This document shows positions 53,472 to 64,000 of a stretch of 64,000 bases of DNA, piece by piece. Source of the DNA: the human T2T-CHM13v2.0 reference genome, Homo sapiens. The DNA lies in assembly GCF_009914755.1 (NCBI RefSeq), contig NC_060933.1. One strand, 5' to 3'. Position 1 is the stretch's first letter, and every line of letters begins with the position of its first letter. The notes under the pieces were generated by a model. It ran no database searches. It worked only from the letters and a program-made list of their open reading frames with translations, and was not told where the DNA came from. A program made the translations under genes and the position numbers.

Positions 53472-56307
53472 GAATTCCTGGACATCAGAGAATACTTTTC
53501 ATACATCATCCACTTTCTTCTTGACTATTTCACTGTGTATTTCTTAAGAAAAGAATATTCTTTTACATAGTCAATTATCCCCTTCAGTAAATTGAGCATT
53601 GGTGTAAAACTTTTAATTAATCTCTTATCCATATTCCATTTTTGTCAGTAATATCCTTTGTGGCTTAAAAATAACCTCCATTACAGGATCCAGTCTAGAA
53701 TTATGTATTGCATTTAGTTCTCATGTGTCTTTAGTCTCTAATCTAGAGCAGTTTCTCAACATTTTTTTATGGCATCACCCTTTTTGAAGAATATATTCAA
53801 TGTGTAATTTTTATAATCCTCTCTTCTTAGAAAGTTTATGGTGGAGCTTATCTTGCTCTGGCTGTAAAGGACATTTTTACATTTGTGAGTTCTAGGGACC
53901 ATACAGGCTGTTAGGACCAGACATTATAAACAAACAGAATGAAACCAAACATACAAAACAACAAAAACCATCAGGATGCAAGGCTGTATGGAGATATATT
54001 TCTCAACAGAGAGACCTCCTGTAGTCAAGGGAGGGTAGATGTGAGGAGGCAGGCTTAAAGTTTACCTCCTTTTGGGTAGAGAAAATGGAGAAGCTGTGGA
54101 TACAGAAGACAGGCAAAGCTGTCATCACTGGTAAACCCTCATCAGATGAAAAGGATTGGGTGCCTGGGGTCAAGATGGAGTCATCAGACTCAGTGAGGGA
54201 ATTTAGGCAAGCAGTGTAAGGCAATGACACAAGGCTTAATTTCAGCAGTTCATAACCTAAGTAGAGAAGCTTCAAGGGTTGTAACTGTTAAATGACTGGC
54301 TAACATGGGGAGATAAATACATATATACTATAAACAAAATAGACATTGTTTGAAAAAAGTATAGAGGAGCCATAGGAATTGGGGTGAAAAGTTAGGAAGT
54401 AGATGGAAAAAAATAATAAAAACTTTCATAAAAGAAGTAATCATAGGCATAATTCAAAACAAAATGCTATGCTAAGTTTCAGTTGTGCTCATTATAGGCT
54501 ATATTACACTAAGGAGAAATCTGCTTCCTAAATCAGGATAAGTTTGGTTATGTGGGTTGTGGTTCAGCACAGTTGCTCTGTGAAATTGAGGCAGAATTTT
54601 AAAATGCTGGGAAGAAGAGAGGGGGTTTGGTAAAGAGAAGAAAGAAGGTGCATAGGATAGAACACTGTATAGGTAGAGGGAGCTAGATTTGAGAGCCCTT
54701 AGGGGTGAATAGCCTAAGAGAGATTAGAGGAGAAAAAATTACTGAAAGAGTTCCAAATTTTTTGCCAGAGATGGGCCATGCCTTTGTGTCCCTCTTTGTT
54801 GTACAGGTTACTCTGTTCTCTGATGGCTTTTGGTAAACATGGATCTTTTTGAAGAAATATGGAGGGGATAGGTTGCTGCTGAGTATATTCCTGGTTTTGT
54901 ACAGGTGAAAAAAAAACATTGTGTTCATGGGGAGGTTATAGTTGAGGACAGAGTAGATCTTGAAGGTGTAAATCCATGGCCACGTCACTTTCAAAGATAG
55001 TGGGCTCCAAAGGCGGATCATGAAGCAGTAAAAGGTAATAGGTGGAATAAATAGAAAATGTTACTAATGTAAACATATAGTATCATGAAAGGGTGCAGTT
55101 GGAGGGTAAGATGAAGATCTAAAAGGACCCAGGGGAATGGACAGATCAGTTGGGCTAGATGATAGGGGGAAGAACTGTGGGTTCATCTTCCATTTGTTGT
55201 CCCCGCCCCACCCTCAAGAACTTCTGGTGTCTGTGTTAAAGTTCCATGATATAGGCCTGGAACTCTGATCTGGAATGGGGACTCAGCACTCAGCTTCTGA
55301 TAATGAAGACTACCTTCTTTGTCTCAGAAGCCTTACTGCACCATGGCTGAGCTCCAGCTTGACTTCCTGGGTATTCCTATCCTTGCCTTCCTGTGTAGGA
55401 TGGGGCTCCTCCTTCTATCTCTGTGCTACCTAAAGAGTAATCTGTGTTTTCCAATATTTTGGAAACAGAGAGACATCTGTCAGTTAAGTGAGCCAGAGCT
55501 GTACAGAGATTTTAGGTCTTTATTCTTTTCTAACATGTGTATTTAATGCTAGAAATTTCCTTCTAAACACTATTTTTGCTACAATTTTGATTTTGCAGCA
55601 AATTTTGATTTTTCCACTTTCATTTAGTTTAAAATATTTTAAAATTTCTCTTGATACTTCTTCTTTGCCCATGTGTGTTGTTTAATCTTCATGTATTTTG
55701 GGATTTTCTGGATATCTTTATGTTATTGATTTCTAGTTTTGCTACATTATGGTTAGACCATATGTAGCATTATATGAGTAGACATTATATAATTTCTTTT
55801 ATAGTTATTAAGGTATGCTTTATGGCCCAGAATGTTATCTACCTTAGTTAATGTTCCATGTAAGCTTGAACAGAATGCTGTTGAATGAAGTATTCAATAC
55901 ATGTCAGTTAGATCAAGCTGATTACTAGTGGTGTTCTGATCAACTATATCTTCACAGATTTTCTGCTTTATCTGTCAATTACTAATAGAGACATTTTGAA
56001 ATCTCCCACAATAATAGTGGATTTATCTATTTCTCCTTGTAGTTCTACCACTTTTGCCTCATATATTTTGACACTCTTGTTGTTAGATGTGTACACATTA
56101 GGAATTATTATGGCTTTTTGGAAAATTGACCCCTTTGTTATCATGTAATGCCCCTCTTTATCCCTGACAATTTTCCTTGTGCTGAAATCTGACTTGTTTT
56201 AAATTAATATAGCTGCCTCTATTTTCTTCCGATTACTGTTAGTATGGTATGTTTATCTCCATCCCTTTGCTTTTAATCTATCTGTGCCTTTATATATTAG
56301 ATGGCTA

Positions 56308-56819
<512 letters not shown>

Positions 56820-57811
56820 TGGGTATCTTGTGGACAACACATAGTTGGGTCTTGTTTTTTAATCTACTCTGACAGTTTGTCTTTTAATTGGTTAATTTAG
56901 GCGATTCACATTTAAAGCAATTTTTAAAATACAGTTGGATTAATATCTACCATTTCTGCAACTGCTTACTATTCATTGTACCAGTTCTTTCCTTTTTCTC
57001 CCTCACTTTTTTGCCTTCTATGGTTTTAAACAAGAATTTTACACTATTTATTTTTAATTATTCATATTTAAGGTGTAAAACATGATGTTTTGATAAACAT
57101 AGTGAAATGATTACTATAGTCAAGCCAATTAACATAGCCATCAGTTACTTTTTTTGTGGCAAGAGCATCTAAAACCTACTCTTTTAGCAAGCTTCCAGCA
57201 TACAATACAGTATTATTACCTAAAATCATGTTGTACATTATCAAGTCTCTAGACTTTTTTATCCTACATAACTACAATTTTGTACCTACTTCTTCCCTGC
57301 TTCCTTCACTCCCACTGCCCCCACCCTGGTAACCACTGTTCTACTCTGTTTCTATATATTCAACTTTTTATAAAAAAAGATTCCAAATACAAGTGAGACC
57401 ATGTAGTATTTTTCATTCTGTGTCTTGACTTATTTCATTTAGCATAAGCCCACCAGGTTCATCCATGTTTTTGCAAATGACAGGATCTCCTTCTTTTTTA
57501 AAGGCTGATATATATATATCTCATAATTCCTTTATTCATTAACTGATGAACAGTTTGGTTGTTCTTATATCTTGGCTATTGTGAGTAATGTTGCAATGAA
57601 CATGGGAGTGTAGATATCTCTACAAGGTACTGATTTCATTTTCTTTTGGTATACATTATATCTATTTTGTCTGATATAAGTATAGCCACTCCTGCTCTCT
57701 TCTGGTTACCATTTGCACGAAATATCTTTTTCCATCTCTTTACTTTCAGTCTATGTGTGTTCTTAAAGCTAAAATGAATCTCTTGTAGGCAGTATAAGAG
57801 TTAATTATATC

Positions 57812-58174
<363 letters not shown>

Positions 58175-58200
58175 TGATGGGAGATTCACATTTAAAATAA

Positions 58201-58964
<764 letters not shown>

Positions 58965-59291
58965 TAAATTACATTTCTTAAAAAAAAAAAATTAGTGGTT
59001 GCCCTAGTTTGTAATATATTGCATTTACAGCCAATCTTAATTCACTTTCAAATAACACTATACAGTTTCACAGTGTAGTAGCACAGGTACCTTATAATAA
59101 AATGCTTCCAATTCTTTCTTCCTCTCACTTATAACATTATTGTCATTCATTTTACTCATCCATGATACTATAATCACAAAAATGTTGTTTTTGGTGTCGT
59201 TCTTATTATGGCAATTAAGAATAAGAACAATGAAAGTTTTATTTTACCTTCATTTATTCCTTTGTTGGTGTCCTATCTTTTTTTTAAAAAA

Positions 59292-59329
<38 letters not shown>

Positions 59330-59348
59330 GATAGATAGATAGATAGAT
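59292..59348. repeat. (GATA)n tetranucleotide microsatellite
   Basis: Direct inspection; about 14 units with one interruption. Confidence 0.95.
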
Positions 59349-61589
59349 CTGAGTGATCATTTTCCTTCTCTCTGAAGAGCTACCTTTAAATTTCTTGTAG
59401 GGCAGATTTGCTGGTAATTAATTCCTCCTGTTTTGTTTGTTTGCTTGTTTGTTTTGGCCAGGGAAAGTTTTTACTTCTTCTTCACCTTTGAAAGATAATT
59501 TTGCTGGATACAGAATTCTGGGGGTGGGGTGTGGGGTAAAGGGGGTGGGCTTCTAGGCTTCTAGCAACACTTTAAATATTTTACTCTATTCTTCTTCCTT
59601 GCATTGTTTATCATGAGAAATCCAAAATTTTTATTCTTGTTCCTTTATAGGTAAGGTGTTTTTTACCCCTCTGGATTCTTTCAAGATCTTTTTCACTGAG
59701 TTTTCTGCAGTTTGAGTATGACATGCCCAGCTGTATATATATATATTTTTTTTGAGACAGAGTCTCACTCTGTCACCCCGATGGCCCATCAAAGGCATTC
59801 TTCATGTCCATTGTGATTTTTTTTATTTCTAACATTCCTTTTTGATTCTTAGAGTTTCCATCTCTTTATTTACAGTCGTCATCTGTTCTTGCATGTTGCC
59901 TACTTCTTCCATTAGAACGCTTAATAATCATAGTTTTTTCTATTCCACGTATGATAAATCCTAAATTGGTGCCATATGTGAGTGCAGAACTGATGCTTAC
60001 TTTGTTTATTTAGAATTTTTTCCTTGCCTTTTGGCATGCCTTGTGATTTTTAGTTGAAAGCCAGACCCAATGTATTGGGTAATAGGAAATGAGGTAAACA
60101 GGCTATTAGTGCTAGGATTTATGTTAATGTGGCTAGTACTTGAGCTGTGTTAAGTGTTTGCTGTTGTAGTATATGACAGAGCCTCCTGAATTTTCTCCAG
60201 TTTCCTTGTTTTTGTCTCCTCTGGTATCATTAGCTTTCCCTAAGATTACCTTCTTAAACAGAGTCTACACCTTGTAGCTCTTTGTGCCGTCATCCCCTGT
60301 TACTATACTGGAGCTCTGTTAATGTGGTGTAAGGTATGTAGGAGGTGATGCAATTAAACGTCAGTCTTTTAGTCCTGTGTCCCTGGGTTGTGATGTTCAC
60401 AAGTGTTTCCAAGCCTTTTCTCCCCCACCTCTTAGGTGAGACACGAAGGCTAGAGAGGGCTGGAGTTGGGTAACTTCCCTTTCCTCATGTGGGATCATGC
60501 TCTGGTAGCCTTTTTCCCTAATGAGTAGGCCTCTATTATGAAGAACACTCAGTATATTTGAAAATGGTAAACTTTCCCTTGTCCCTGCCAGAAGCATGAG
60601 AGTTTTCTCATTGCTATTCATTGTGAGAACCTGATGGGTTTCCCAGGGGTAAAACCCATGAAAATGCAGGGGAGTCCCTAAGACTGTGACCCCAGGAATT
60701 TTCTCACTCTCATACTAGTTCACAAACATCCTCCAGCAATTTGTCAAAGTGTCCATTTAAATGTTCCTACCAGTTTATGGCTTCAGTGGCTTCTGCTCCA
60801 GGTAAGCTGATCTCAATTATGATTCTCTTTATTCATCTTTCTGAGGATTTTAGGAGGGTTTGCCCTACAACCTCAATTCCCCAGTGGCTCCAAGAATAGT
60901 TATTTTCAGTTTGTTCAGCTTTTTGCTTCCAAAGATGGGAGTGGTAAGTTTTTTGAATGTCAGAGCTGGAACCAGAAGTATCCCCTCAGAAAATGATTCC
61001 TTATTTTCCTGTTCTTCTTCCCAAATTTATAAATGAGTTTGGTTGGCTTAGAGAGACACTTGACATGGGAAGTCTGAGGAGAGGCTAGAACATCACTCTT
61101 CTAAGGGAAGATGTCAGACAGGGCAGGGGTTCAGGAGGACTAAGGTTTCCATCTGAAGCTCACAGACTACCTATCTGGCTGTAATGGAGAATTCCAGGAT
61201 AAAATCCCAAACACAGTAATTCTGTGGTCCTGGATTAAATTATTTAGAGACTGGGCTCTCAAAAGAACAGTTTCTCCTGACACTTGATCATGAGTAATAT
61301 TTCCATGTCACGTGTCACTCGACCAAACCTTCCTTCATGTTGGGCTGACGAGGAGGGCAATGCTGAGGGCCCCTGAGCAGAAGCTGGAGCTGGAGTGCTG
61401 TTTCCAGGACACAGGTTCTGTGAGGGAGCAAGATGTGACTGTTGGCCTCTGAATCTGTGCCTTCCTTGAACTGAGGACTGCTAACTGAGAACATCAAGTG
61501 CAGCTCTCACAGACAAAACTGTCCTTTGAATTTTTCAAAGGGAAAAATTGGAAATATTTTATCACCTTTAAAACTTGAAAAAAGAAGCG

Positions 61590-62082
61590 TTTTTTTTGTT
61601 TGTTTTTTTGTTTTTTTTTTTGATACTGAGTCTCGCTCTATTGCCTAGGCTAGAGTGCAGTGGCATGACTTGGCTCACTGCAGTCTCCGCCTCCCGGGTT
61701 CAAAAAATTCTCATGCCTCAGATTCCTGAGTAACTGGGATTACAGGCTTCCGCCATCACACCTGGAAGAAACACATTTCTTTTCTTTTCTTTTTTTTTTT
61801 TGAGACGGAGTCTTGCTCTGTCGCCCAGGCTGGAGTTCAGAGGCGCCATCTCGGCTCACTGCAAGCTCCACCTCCTGGGTTCACGCCATTCTCCTGCCTC
61901 AGCCTCCTGAGTAGCTGGGACTACAGGCGCCCGCCACCACGCCTGGCTAATTTTTTGTATTTTTAGTAGAGACAGGGTTTCACCATGTTATCCAGGATGG
62001 TATTGATCTCCTGACTTCGTGATCCGCCCGTCTCGGCCTCCCAAAGTGCTGGGATTACAGGGGTGAGCCATCGCGCCCGGCC
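61590..62082 (-). mobile_element. Alu right-arm fragment (61590-61764) followed by full AluY-like (61780-62082)
   Basis: Alu sequence; the second element is flanked by ggaagaaa(a)cacattt. Confidence 0.88.
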
Positions 62083-62607
62083 GGAAGAAACACATTTTTA
62101 TTAATTAAGATAGAGAGTCATATTATTCTCGTATAATGAAGGTCTGAGCTTCCTAGACGAGTGAGAGAAGTGATTTCTGGCCTCGCATTATTTTCTTTTT
62201 GTTCTTAGCATCAAGGCAGAGCCAAGAGGAGAAAGAAAAATGGGACATTTAAAGGTAAGGTTCTGCCCATTCAACTTCAGCTCGCCAAGGATGACCCTTC
62301 CTGTCTCTTCCATGAGGTCTCAGGTTCCCAATTTCTGAGGATGTCAGTTACTAGATACAGTCTCTCTTAGAAAACAGTCCTCACAGGAGAGGCTCACGGG
62401 AAAGCAATCAGACCTGAGACACCTCTGGGAGTCCCTGCTCTGCCCATCCATGCACATGAAAGAGTGATGAACCTGGACAATAGGTGCTGCCCAATAGGTG
62501 GCCATGTGAGATCTATTGTGGAAGGACTACTGGTTGGTTGGTTTGGAGTCACAACTTCTGCCTCTCCACTTTGTATAAGTACTTTGACTTCCTCCTCTTT
62601 GAGATAA

Positions 62608-62998
<391 letters not shown>

Positions 62999-63465
62999 TT
63001 ATAAATGAAGCCACTTACATATGTGAACCATGTTAATATTATCAATGACAATTTGAGCTTTTCTACAGATCCTTGAGGTTCTTCAAGACCAATCAACTAA
63101 GGGCACCCCTAAGGGGCATTCTACTCAGGCTCCTATAAGATCTCTTTGCTTCTAACTTCATCACTATCCTGTTACTCACCCTACTGGCTTGTCAGGTTGG
63201 AGAACTTGCCAGAGTGAAGTAGAGGAAGAGAGGAAGTTGTTTTTTCTTCTGCAAAGGTGTCTCAACATTATTCTTCTTTCCAGTATCCCTCTTTTTAGTA
63301 GAGTTCATGTAATTATAGGGCATCACAAAAGCCTGGGGTTGAAATGGGAGGAAAAATCCAGTGTCAGAATGTAAGAGCCATAGGGAAAGGGGTAAAAGAT
63401 ATACTGTGAGATAAGGAAAGCGGAGGGGGTCATATGAAAAGACAGCACGCATTGTGAGGCCTTAG

Positions 63466-63624
<159 letters not shown>

Positions 63625-63627
63625 TGA

Positions 63628-63999
<372 letters not shown>

Positions 64000-64000
64000 T

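Overview
This is primate, almost certainly human, genomic DNA containing the SPATA31D (FAM75D) tandem gene cluster on the + strand. There are four 4-exon copies. Copy 1 (~9.1-15.5 kb) is a multiply disabled pseudogene, likely SPATA31D5P. Copies 2 and 3 (24141-28562 and 39229-43652) splice to near-identical 917-aa ORFs, likely SPATA31D4 and SPATA31D3. Copy 4 (~55.3 kb to the window end) is an older, diverged pseudogene, likely SPATA31D2P. The rest is ERV1/MaLR LTRs, a truncated MER57-type provirus, L1 fragments, Alus and microsatellites. Main observations: (1) copy 2 is a chimera (5' like copy 3, 3' like copy 1), as expected from a recent unequal crossover producing a ~15.09-kb near-perfect tandem duplication; (2) a 26-bp tandem duplication splits the ancestral long ORF in copies 2 and 3 into two ORFs joined by an overlapping ATGA stop-start; (3) a one-LTR provirus is flanked by a ~630-bp host duplication; (4) a young AluYa5-type right arm is nested in an older Alu. 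Symbols and repeat family names are from recall and all alignments were done by eye.
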